A DNA stretch of 64,000 bases, taken from positions 416,001 to 480,000 of the forward strand of contig CAXXLL010000003.1 of assembly GCA_963662545.2 (NCBI GenBank). The letters run 5' to 3'. Source of the stretch: Gammaproteobacteria bacterium (GTDB taxonomy: Bacteria; Pseudomonadota; Gammaproteobacteria; Ga0077536). Under the pieces are notes generated by a model that worked only from the letters and a program-made list of their open reading frames with translations, did not search any database and was not told the origin of the DNA. Shown piece after piece: positions 1-10,179 of the stretch (position 1 is its first letter; every line of letters begins with the position of its first letter). Both the position numbers and the translations under genes were made by a program.

Positions 1-3000
1 GCACCGAGCCTCCGTTGAACGTGAAACTGTCCGCTGCCGCCGTCCCCGTCAGGTTCTCAACCTCCGCAAAGCCACCCGAGACGTTCGTCGAGGTGCCGGT
101 GTCCGTGCCCGTGACGATGTAGTTGTTGCTGCCTGTCAGCGTGTCATTGTCCGTACTGCTGCCCGCACCCGAGCCGCCGTCGATCGCACCCGTCAACGTG
201 AACGTCGCGAGGTCGAAGGTATCCGCCGCGTCACCGCCCAGCAGGTTCACCACACTCGCGCTCCCCGCAAGCGTGAAAGTGTCGTCGCCGTCCATGCCGC
301 TCGCGTCGCCCGTCAGCACGCTCCCTGCGTTGAACGTGAAACTGTCGGCAGCCGACGTGCCGGTCAGGTTCTCGATACCCTGCCACCCCGCCGCACCGCC
401 GCCGTTGATATTGGTCGCGGTCCCCAGATCCGATCCGGTCACGGTGAAGTTGGTGTTGATCAGCGTATCCGTGCCGCCGCCGCCGTGGATGGTGCCGGTC
501 CAAGAATTGCCATTGAGGTTGATGACGTCCGCACCGGTGTCAGTGAACGTTCCCCCGCCTGCGGTCGAATCGATATTTGCAATGCTCGTCAGTGCCGTCG
601 TATTGGCGCCGACCATCACGTCGACCGAACTTGTGCCCATAATCGTGAAAAGGTCTGCCCCGATACTGCCCATGAGGATGTTGGTGTCCCCACCGCCGTC
701 GATACCGCTGGTGATTTCCCCCGCGGCCTGAAAGATGAAAGTGTCCGCCGCGCTACCCGCCGAAATGCTGACGCCAATAAAGGGATTCGCAGCGATGGTA
801 GCGAGGGAAGTACCCCAGGTGCCGGTATTCGTGCCGGTAATGTTCCAGAAAGTGATCGCGTTCGGGCCGCCGAAACCGGAAAGCCCGTTGTCGACGATCG
901 TTTGGATGCTGGTAAATCCGGCCATGATTAGATCGGGGGTGCCGGTAATCGTGCCGTTACCGCCCGACGCGCTGACCGTCTGGGACAGGTCCGATCCGCT
1001 GAAATCGATCGTGTCGTTGGCCGCGGCGCCCGAAATCGAGCCAATCAAATGAGACCCTTCGCTTACGCCACCCGGGGGCGTTCCCGTTGGGATACCGAAA
1101 TTAAACGTGTCGGCGTTGCCTTCGCCCTCGAGGTTGGCCGTCAACGATGTATCGTTACCGCCGGATCGGGTGAGATTGAATACATCGTCTCCGCTGCCGC
1201 CTTTTATCGTTCCGAGGGTGATCGTCACGCCGGGAAAATTGAACGTGTCGACCTGCGCGTTACCCGTCAGGTTTTCGAACGCCGAAAAGCGCGTTCCTCC
1301 TGGAACCGTGACGTCATCTACCTGTTCAATGCCACCGTCGATGATCCAGGTGGACGCTTCGTTACGGCCGGCTAGCGTATCGTTCCCGCCGAGGCTGCCG
1401 ACGAATTCCTCGATACCGCTGACGGTGCCGGTCACGCCCGTGACCGTCGCGGTGGTCGCGCCGGTGGTCAAGGTCACGGTCACGTCCGCGTCGTTCTTCG
1501 TCGAATAGCTGAGCGTGTCGTCGGTACCGCCGCCGCCGTCGGTGATGGAACCGGCAATCGACCCGGAGTTGGCGAAATTGAACGTATCGTTACCGCCAGT
1601 GCCAATCAGGTTCTCGATGCCCGCCCAGGTGCCCGTTAGATTGTTCGCGGTACCCCCGTTCGCGGCGTTGACCGTATAACTGGTGTTGCCCGAGAAGGAG
1701 TCGCCGGTGTTGGAGCCGGAGATGATGGTCTCGATTTGATTGTAGGTAGCGGTCAACCCGGTCGCGATGGTGCCTGTGCCGGTGCCGGTCGCCGCGAAAT
1801 CGAGCTGCACGCTCAGGCCGGCGGCGTCGATGGTGTCGGTACTACCGGCACTGCCGCTGATGGTGACGCCGTCCGAATCGGAAATGATGACGTCGAGGTC
1901 GAGTTTATTGCTGGAGCTGGCGCCTTGCGTACCGAAAGTCACCGACAGTTGACCGGTCGTGACCGGCAGGGGATTGGTCTGGAAGGTGAGGTCCCCCGCG
2001 GACGACAAGGTGACGGTGTCCGACGCGACATTCGTGTAAGGCCCGGCCAGCGTGAGACTGGCGGTGCCGGTGGTGAGGATATTGATGATATCCGACTGCG
2101 CGTTCGCCGTGGTCAGGTCCTCGACCAGGAGATCGGTCGCCGATTCCATGAAGATGTCGCTGCCGGTCGCGCTGGCTTTGACCGCCGCGCCGTTGATAGC
2201 CGAAACCCCGAGGCGGTTACTGGTATCGACACCGATATCGCCGCCGGCGACGAGGATCAAGTCGTTAGCCGCAGCGTCTTTGGTGAGCACCGCGCCACCG
2301 TCGGTTATGTTGCCGCCGGCGTTGACGGTCTGATCCGCCGCGCCGCCGTCGAACGTGCCAACGCCCGCGCCGAACGTAATGTCGGTGCTCGCGGTGAGAT
2401 CGCCGGTCACGAAAAACTTGTCCGTGATCGTCAAGCTGCCCATCTGAATGTCGATGCTGCCGCCAATGTCGACGCCGTCGGTCCCGCCCGCGCCGCCGCC
2501 GCCGAGCGTGACGTTGCCGGCTACCGTCTTGGTAAAGCCGCCGATGATCAACTCGCCGCCTTCGGCGTCGAGCAGCTGGTTGGTACCGGACAAGGTCACC
2601 GCTACGATGCCGAGGTCGATATCGCCGCTGGCTGTCAAGTCGTTGGTGGCGGTGAAGGCATCCTGGATGGTCAGATTGCCGGCGTTGACGTCGATAGTGC
2701 CGTTCAGGACGATGGCGATATTGCCGCCGAGCGAAAGGCTGCCGGTATCGTTTTTGGTGATCGCATCGGTCGTCAGGGTGCCGGCGGTCGAATCGATGGT
2801 GTTGTCGCCGTTGCCCGCTATCAACAAGGTGATGCTGGTCAAGGTGATGTCGCCGCCCGCGCTGATGTCGCCGCCCGCGCCGAGATCGAGCGTGCCGACG
2901 CCGCCGGTCAGCGACCCGACCGTGACTGTCTGGTCGTTGACGTCGAGGATCGCGGTGTCGAACAGGGTCACTGCGCTGCTTGAGCTGAATCCAGTTCCCG

Positions 3001-6000
3001 AGCCGGCCTACAGGGTCCCCGTGTTGCGCACACTAGTGGTTCCGGTATAAGTGTTGGTGCCGGATAAAGTCAGCGTTCCGGAGCCCGTTTTGTTCAGCGC
3101 GACTGCGCCTGTAATATCGCCGGCAAAGGTGCTGGCGCCGTCACCAGAGAGAGTAGCGCCGCCGGTCGAGGTGATCACGCCGCCCGTGCCGCTGATAGTG
3201 GCGACGGTCTGGTCGCGGCCGACGAGATCGAAGATGCCGCCGTCGACCACCAGCGCGCTTCCCGCGTTGATTCGATCATTACCCGTTCCCAGGCTCAAGG
3301 TACCGGCCGACACCGTAGTCGTCCCGGTGTAGGTATTGACGGCATTCAGCACGACCGTCCCGGCGTCTTGCTTGTCGATGCCGAAGTTCGGACCGCTGAT
3401 GACGCCATTCAAGGTTAGCGTAGCAGCCGCGTCCGGATTCAGGATGCTATTTGCAGTTAGCGTGATACCGCCGTCGGCCACGGCTCCGGCGCCCTCCGCG
3501 CCAAGGGCACCGCCATTGAGCGTCAGGGCTTCATTATTAATGTCGACGTTGACGATCTCGAGTTCGGCGCCGAGCGCGACGATTGTGTCGTCCACCCCGA
3601 CACCTCCGGCCGATGTTCCAAGGGCCGCACCATTTAATACGCCCAATATGCCAGCATTGATGAAAGTCTGACCGCTGTAGGTGTTCACGCCGGACAAGTC
3701 GAGCGCGTCGGCGCCAATCTTGGTCAGATCGAACGCGCCGCTGACGACACCGCTAATGAGCGGAAAGATTGTGGTGCCGCCGTTACCATCATCGGCGCTG
3801 ATGGTCGCGTTGGCCGTCAGCGTGATGTCGCCGCTCAGTTCTGCTGTTGTTGCTACCGTGGAGAAAAAAATCGCGCCCGCACCGCCAACACCAGCGCCGG
3901 CGATCGAGATGTCCTCCGCGCTGTTCAAGGCGGTGGCGGCGATGACCTCGAGCGTCGCGCCGCTTGCCACCACCGTGTCGTCGACGCCGACGCCGCCTAC
4001 ATTCGTGCCCAACGCATCGTTGTGCCGGAGGCCGAGCGTGCCGGCATTGATGAAGGTCTGACCGCTATAAGTGTTCATGCCCGTCAAGTCGAGCGTGTCG
4101 GCGCCAATCTTGGTCAGATCGAACGCGCCGCTCACGACACCGCTGATATTCGGAAGAATTGTGGTGCCGCCGTTACCATCATCGGCGCTGATGGTCGCAT
4201 TGGCCGTCAGCGTGATATCGCCGCTCAGTTCTGCTGTTGTTGCTACCGTGGAGAAAAAAATCGCGCCCGCACCGCCAACACCAGCGCCGGCGATCGAGAT
4301 GTCCTCCGCGCTGTTCAAGGCGGTGGCGGCGATGACCTCGAGCGTCGCGCCGCTTGCCACCACCGTGTCGTCGACGCCAGGCCCGCCTACATTCGTGCCG
4401 AGCGCGTTGTCGTGCGTGATAGCAAGCGTGCCAACGGCAATCGTCGTCACGCCGCTGTAGGTGTTGGCCTGTGATAACGTCAAAGTACCGTTTTTCGTCA
4501 CCCGCGTCGTTTTTCGTCAGCGCGCCGCCGGTGCCCGCGAAGACGCCCATCTGCACGGCGGTACCGCCGGCAGCAACACCGATCGTCAAGGTACCGGCGC
4601 CGACATCGGCTGCTCCGATTGACGAAGCGCCGCTGCCGAGATTGAGCGTGAGGTCGCCGCCACCGGTGTTGATGGTGCCTCCCGTTATCAACGCTCCGGT
4701 CGGAGCCGTAGTTAGCGTGAAATCGCCGCCGGCAAGGTTGATGACGTCGGTCGAATCCTGGAACTCGATGTTCCCATTGGTGACTCCGACCCCGCCCCCG
4801 GTCGTCGTGAAGGTCAGGCTGCCCGAGCTGTTGAAAGGCAGGTTCACTACACCACCGGCCGTAGTTACTGTAGTAGCGGTGTCGACGTCGAGAAACCGGA
4901 TCCTGCCCGTCGCCGCGATGACCATATTGGCCGTTGCGCCTTCGGCAGCGATCGCCTCCCGGGTGATCGTGCTCGCGGTGTCGCCGTTGACCGTAGCCAG
5001 AAGACCGGTCGCGGTGACGCTCCCGTCAACGCTGCCGGTGCCATCGGTGTTGTCGTCGACATCGAGATCGCCGGGATCGAGCAGCAGCGTGCCGAGATGA
5101 CCGTTATCGGCGCTGAGATCGGAATGTCCCCGATAGACAAGGTTGTTCTTGCCGGATACCTCGGCAAAACCCCCGTCGCCGCCGGCTTCGCCACCACGTG
5201 CGGAGATCTGGCCATGAAAATGGGTCGTGTCGTCCGACCAAACGATGACTTTGCCGCCGTCCCCTTCATCAAGCGCATCCGCATTGATCGTCGCGTTAGC
5301 GCTGACGAAGGTAAGCGAAGCGTTGCGCACATCAGGATTTTTACCCTGGTAATCACCACCGACGAGCGCCTCGCCGCCGCCTGCCGTGCCGGAGACATTG
5401 ATCGCGGCGTCGTAATTGAGCTGCACGAAGTCACCGAGGATTGCCGCATCGCCACCCTTACCGCCGTCGCTACTGACGGCTGAGACGCGGCTGCCCTTAT
5501 CGAGCTGGGTCAGACCTTCGCTCTCGAGACGGATAGATCCGCCGTCGCCCTGTGTCGCGTCGGCGCGGATTACGCCCGAACTCGCGATATTCTCGCCGCG
5601 AATACCGATGCTGCCGCCGTCATCGCTCGACGTTCCCGCGGAAACGTTGATCACCCCGGTATTCAACACCGACGCGCGTGGCCCTAAGCCGACAAGCCGG
5701 ATAGTGCCGCCCGACTTGTCGATCCGCGCCGCATGAATGGTGCCGCCGTTGTTGATCGCGTTCTTGAACACGCCGTCCGCGGCGCTCGCCGTGATCAGTA
5801 CGTCGCCGCCCGCGGCGATGATGTCGCCAGTGTTGCTGATTTGATCGTCGAGCGACACCGCATTGTCGATGACTGCCTTGTCGACCGTGAACTTGAGCAG
5901 GCCATCGCCGTCGAAGTCGACCGTTACCTGTTCGCCCGCAACCAGATTGACGCGGCCTGCAGTCGCAATGATGACGCCTTGGTTCGCGATCGATTTACCC

Positions 6001-6593
6001 ACCAGGGTGACGTCGCCGCCGGGGTCGGCTTCGATGCGGCCTTCGTTAACGACCCGGCCCTGCGAGTTCTCGAGTGCTTCGAGTTTAAAATTGCCCGACA
6101 TGAAGTCGCCGACGCCGATCTGCATCGCGCCCGCGATCAAGCTCCCGACGTTCACCTGCGCGCCCGGCTTGAAGAAGACCCCGTTCGGGTTCATCAGAAC
6201 GACTTTTCCGTTGGCTTTAATCTGCCCGAAGATCTCGCTTGGTCTCTGATCGAAGATGCGATTGAGCGCCGAGGCCCTCGCGCTCGGCTGCTTGAACTGC
6301 ACGAGTTCGTTCTGGTAGACGTTGAAGGTTTGCCAGTCGATGGCTACGCGATGGCTGGTTTGATTGATCGTCGTGACCGACTTCGAGGCATTCTGCGTGA
6401 TGGTCGCGCTGCCGGCGGGCACGCCATTATGCATCGCCAACGCGCCGCCGGTCGGCGCGGCGAATGCGCTGCCGGCGTTCAGACCGATTAACAGCCCCGG
6501 CAGCAGGGCGAGCTGCACCGAGCGGGCCATCGGTGTGAGGCGGAACAAAGGTTCCGCCGGGCGATCGGATTGTCTGCTTCTACGCATCGTCAT
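1..6593 (-). pseudogene. Giant two-partner secretion exoprotein (TpsA, filamentous haemagglutinin-like), interrupted; 3' end beyond window
   Basis: Signal peptide ending AFA-A and a TPS secretion domain (AIDWQTFNV, LNRIFDQRPSEIFGQIKANG, LMNPNG). PATR-like repeats (LTKIGADTLDLTGMNTYSGQTFINAGTL) are followed by ENLxGxxxxDxF repeats. Frameshift from a 13-nt insertion at 4490-4502; in-frame TAG at 3008-3010; the same frame appears open from 3007 to position 1. Confidence 0.88.
3651..4410. repeat. Intragenic tandem duplication, 390-bp period (130 aa), two near-identical copies
   Basis: 3651 ccagcattgatgaaagtctg aligns with 4041 ccggcattgatgaaggtctg. The protein block DDTVVASGATLEVIAATALNSAEDISIAGAGVGGAGAIFFSTVATTAELSGDITLTANATISADDGNGGTTI occurs twice. 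Confidence 0.92.
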
Positions 6594-6712
6594 GCGTGTG
6601 CTCCCTTGACCGGCATCCGGGGTGAAATGCTCGCGGCCGTTGGTTGATTACGAGCCATCTTATTTTCAGTTAGTTACGCGATCCGTGAACCATTTCACAC
6701 CGGCCCCTCGCG

Positions 6713-8509
6713 TCAGAAGAAGAAATTCAGATCGACCCAGTATTGTGGATTTTTACCGTTTTCGGACGGCGGGTGCCCGATCGGTGTTGCAATGGAGACT
6801 TTTGACGAAAATTCGTTCGGATTGTTGTATGAGAAGGCGAATCCGACAGATTTGAAGTTTTCGGACTGTTTATCGATCGGCAGCGCGCTGTTCAGCTTGC
6901 CGGCGCCTAAATCGAAAAACATTGAAAACTGGTAGAGCTCGCCCCAGGTGCGGTTGCCGAAGGCCGGTGCATCCGCGATGAAGGGCGCGTTGATGATCCA
7001 CTCGACGGATCCGAACACCGCGCGATCGAACAGCGCTTCGGTCGGCCGGTAACCGCGGACATTGGTCGGTCCGCCGATGGTGTACTGCTCGAGCGGTACG
7101 AGGAGATCCGCCGAGTACATGATCTCGAACGTGAAGAGCATGTTGTGGTTGACGAGCTTATCCCACAGCGGCGACAAGGCCTGGAAGCGTGACACGCTCA
7201 AAAACGCCTTGCTGAACTTGCCCTGCGCGAATTCGCCGGTGCCGCCCTGGCGGGTTGGGGGAACGCTGCCAACGTCTTCGTTCATCGCGCCGAACAGATT
7301 GTTGAACCCTTGCGAGATCTCGAGGTAGACGGCATTGAGCCCGCCAAAACGCGTATCGACGTTATCGAAGTTGAGTTCCAGGGTGGAGACCGCGAGGCTG
7401 TCAAGGTTCACGCGGCGCCCCTGCGCTTTCGTCCCGGTGCGCTTTTTCGTCATGCGCACCGTGCCGCTCAAGTTCATCAGGCGGCTGCGAATGAACTGCT
7501 TGCTGAGCGACATGTTGTAGTTGCGGATGTCGCTCGTGATGTTCGAATCGCGGAACGCTCCGCCCACTTCGAACTGGTTGCGGTTCAATCCGATGCCGAA
7601 GCGGGTGTCGTATAAACCCCAAACCGGAATGTCGTAATCCATCGCGTAAAAGAACGTGTTGCCCGGCACGGCAGTATGTTGTGCCGTGCCTTGGAACCTG
7701 TCGCCCTTCCCGAGCGGATTGTTGACGGTGAACTGCGCCAGGTAGCGGTTCTGGCCGGTTTCAGTGATGCCGTGATTGTCGGCGCGGAACACCGCCTCGA
7801 TGCGTTTTTCTTCCTGGACCTTGATTACCATGTCCGCCGTGCCGACCTGTATGCCTGGTTGAAAGACGCCGAACGACGACTGGCCGGGATTATCGGATGC
7901 CGTCAACAAGGCCGATTCGATCGCCTCTTTGGTCACCGGTTTCCCGATCAGCGAATCGAAGGGGTGTTCCAGGATCTTGGCGTCGTACATCTCGTTGCCT
8001 TCGGTCACGACGCGACCCAACAGGCCTTCCATAACCTGGATCTTGACGACGCCGTCTTCGACTGCCTGCACCGGCACGAATGCCTGGGCGAGAATCAAAC
8101 TGTGTTCGCGGTAGTAGGCCGTGACCTGGTCGGCAACTTCCTGCAGGCGGCCGACCGTGAAGCCGTCGGGGCGTTCGCCGATCTTGGCGTCGACGATGCT
8201 CTGCACGTCCGCCGCAGCGATGTCGAATTCGGGCCGATCGCTGGCGCCTTCGACGACGAACCGGTTGACCACGATCTTCTCGCCGTCGTCGATGTCGAGC
8301 GGGCGATCGACCATCGGCGGTACCTCGAAGAGATCTTCGGGCGGCGGCTCGGGAACGAGCTTGCGGTCTTCGCCCGGTCGAATGGCGCCGGGACGCGCCG
8401 CATCCGGCAGGTTGCCGACCTGGGCTATCAGGAGGCGGTCGCCAGCGAAGTCGTCTTCCCCGCCGGGTCGCACCCGGGCGATCGGCGCTTTTGAGGGGGA
8501 CTTATGCAT
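6713..8509 (-). CDS. ShlB/FhaC/HecB-family TpsB outer-membrane transporter, 5'-truncated by IS insertion
   Basis: POTRA-like segment (LQEVADQVTAYYREHSLILAQAFVPVQAVEDGVVKIQVMEG), DNHG motif, GGPTNVRGY (VRGY loop-6 motif), C-terminal aromatic YWVDLNFFF. No signal peptide; the ATG lies inside the putative IS end. Confidence 0.88.
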   Translation of the reverse strand: MHKSPSKAPIARVRPGGEDDFAGDRLLIAQVGNLPDAARPGAIRPGEDRKLVPEPPPEDLFEVPPMVDRPLDIDDGEKIVVNRFVVEGASDRPEFDIAAADVQSIVDAKIGERPDGFTVGRLQEVADQVTAYYREHSLILAQAFVPVQAVEDGVVKIQVMEGLLGRVVTEGNEMYDAKILEHPFDSLIGKPVTKEAIESALLTASDNPGQSSFGVFQPGIQVGTADMVIKVQEEKRIEAVFRADNHGITETGQNRYLAQFTVNNPLGKGDRFQGTAQHTAVPGNTFFYAMDYDIPVWGLYDTRFGIGLNRNQFEVGGAFRDSNITSDIRNYNMSLSKQFIRSRLMNLSGTVRMTKKRTGTKAQGRRVNLDSLAVSTLELNFDNVDTRFGGLNAVYLEISQGFNNLFGAMNEDVGSVPPTRQGGTGEFAQGKFSKAFLSVSRFQALSPLWDKLVNHNMLFTFEIMYSADLLVPLEQYTIGGPTNVRGYRPTEALFDRAVFGSVEWIINAPFIADAPAFGNRTWGELYQFSMFFDLGAGKLNSALPIDKQSENFKSVGFAFSYNNPNEFSSKVSIATPIGHPPSENGKNPQYWVDLNFFF

Positions 8510-8588
8510 TAAAATCAGCAGGGAAATAAAGTAGTTGATTATTCGAGGAAACTCCTATACCATAATAAGCAGGATATAGGAGACCTCC

Positions 8589-9533
8589 GTGAAGAAAAAA
8601 CGCATCGCCAAGACTATCAGCGTCCCCCAGCTTTACCGGCGCTTCCCCGATGACGCAGCCTGCCGCGAATGGTTTGAGCAGGTTCTTTGGAACAGCCAGC
8701 CAGTTTGCCCACATTGCGGTAGCGTTGATGAGATCAGGCCGCCATCAGACAGCAAGCCGAATCACTACTGGTGCAAGTCTTGTCGCAAGCATTTCACGGT
8801 AACCACAGGGACCTGCCTGCATTCAAGCCCCCTACCGCTTCAGCATTGGATTTACGCTATCTACTCGATCCTGACGGGCCGCAAAGGGATCAGCGCCATG
8901 CAGCTTAGCAAGGAACTCGGTGTGCAATACCGCACGGCTTGGCATATGCTTCACCGCGTTCGCGAAGCGAGCAAGAGCGGGGACTTCAAGTTGGCGAATG
9001 TCGTAGAGGTGGACGAGACCTACGTAGGCGGCAAAGAGCGCAACAAGCACGAAACGAAGAAACGCAAAGCTGGGCGCGGCACCGCAGGCAAAACACCCAT
9101 CATCGGGGCGCGGGAACGCGGGGGTAAGGTTGCAGCCGAGCCCGTGAGCGCCACTGACGCGCGCACCTTCATCAATTTCGTCGAAGCCCATACCGAGCAA
9201 GGGGCCACCGTCTACACGGACGATGCCGGCGCTTATACGGCCCTGCCGACCATCCTAAACCAATACCAGCACGAATCAGTCAAGCACAGCGCTGGTGAGT
9301 ATGTCCGTGGCGAAATTCACACGAACGGCATCGAGAGTGTATGGAGCGTCTTCAAGCGCTCGGTGATCGGCACGTGGCATCACGTATCGAACAAGCATCT
9401 AGGCCGCTACGTCAATGAAGCGGCTTTCCGACTGAACGAGGGGAACTGTGAAGTGGATACGATTGATCGGATGGCCGCATTAGCAAAGGGAATCAGAGGA
9501 AGGAAGCTTAGTTATAAAGCCTTGATTGCATGA
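8589..9533 (+). CDS. IS1595-family DDE transposase
   Basis: Zn ribbon CPHC...CKSC, HTH (ISAMQLSKELGV), VEVDETYVGG, YTDD, HTNGIESVWS, YVNEAAFR; RBS aggag upstream of the GTG. Confidence 0.93.
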   Translation: MKKKRIAKTISVPQLYRRFPDDAACREWFEQVLWNSQPVCPHCGSVDEIRPPSDSKPNHYWCKSCRKHFTVTTGTCLHSSPLPLQHWIYAIYSILTGRKGISAMQLSKELGVQYRTAWHMLHRVREASKSGDFKLANVVEVDETYVGGKERNKHETKKRKAGRGTAGKTPIIGARERGGKVAAEPVSATDARTFINFVEAHTEQGATVYTDDAGAYTALPTILNQYQHESVKHSAGEYVRGEIHTNGIESVWSVFKRSVIGTWHHVSNKHLGRYVNEAAFRLNEGNCEVDTIDRMAALAKGIRGRKLSYKALIA

Positions 9534-9650
9534 CGCTTTTAATCGATAGGAGTTAATACCTTGTAAAACTTGAAGTAGATGACGTCAATTCGTTGTCATA
9601 CACTTGCTAAAAACAAAAAGTTAGACTCGGCGCGGCAAAAGGAGAGGGAT

Positions 9651-9893
9651 ATGGACGCATTAGATAAAGATATTTCAGCGTTTGAAAAGATGCGCGAAAA
9701 CTTTGAAACCAATTACATGGGTAAATGGGTGCTGCTCCATGATGAGAAGATGATTGGGGCGTTCGATACGTTCAACGATGCAGCACACGAAGCAACTCAG
9801 AAATTTGGTAAGGGGCCTTATCTCATACGAGAGGTTGGCGTCAAAAATCAATCCTTGCCAGCTTCAGTACTGTACCAACAGATACATGCCTAG
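9651..9893 (+). CDS. Small DUF5678-like protein (IS passenger)
   Basis: RBS ggagagg then ATG 9651. The pattern YMGKWVLLHDEKMIGAFDTFNDA...GPYLIREV is typical of DUF5678-type proteins. Overlaps the next ORF (ATGCCTAG). Confidence 0.6.
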   Translation: MDALDKDISAFEKMRENFETNYMGKWVLLHDEKMIGAFDTFNDAAHEATQKFGKGPYLIREVGVKNQSLPASVLYQQIHA

Positions 9894-10179
9894 TGTTAGC
9901 TGTGGCTTCGTCAGCACAAACGGGCACCAAGCACAAGATTCTCTTGTTGGTTACGGCCCTACTATATTGGTGGACGTTGGGTTTGACCCAAATTACGATC
10001 CAAATAAACCTGCTGCACTTCCAACAACGTTAATTCAGCAAGTTCATGCCGTTATAGATACTGGCGCGACAATTAGTTGTATCGATGCGAGCCTTGCCAC
10101 GCGGTTGGGGCTTCCTGTCGTCGATCGCTCAAATTTCGGTGGGATCAGTGGGAATTATCTAGCTAGTGTCCGTCCATAA
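9886..10179 (+). pseudogene. Retropepsin-like (clan AA) aspartic protease, truncated by ISNCY insertion
   Basis: HAVIDTGATISCIDASLATRLGL catalytic motif and GGISG flap. The frame enters the IS at 10159 and stops; the C-terminal L(I/L)GRxxL motif is missing. Confidence 0.8.

Larger units (their letters stand above)
8496..10158 (+). mobile_element. IS1595-family element with passenger genes; right end not found
   Basis: Abrupt drop in GC at GGGGACTTATGCATT (~8496), then a transposase and two AT-rich passenger ORFs. No matching inverted repeat seen downstream. Confidence 0.6.

Noticed and set aside
3008-3010. Programmed amber readthrough (pyrrolysine or recoding)
   Set aside because: TAG is used as a normal stop in this window (sdhB, rpsR), no pyl genes are seen, and the locus shows other signs of inactivation.
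123-6609. Many plus-strand ORFs of 60-415 aa over the tpsA region
   Set aside because: Antisense shadows of a GC-rich repetitive gene; Pro/Val/Ser-rich with no motifs. The same applies to most overlapping ORFs elsewhere in the track.
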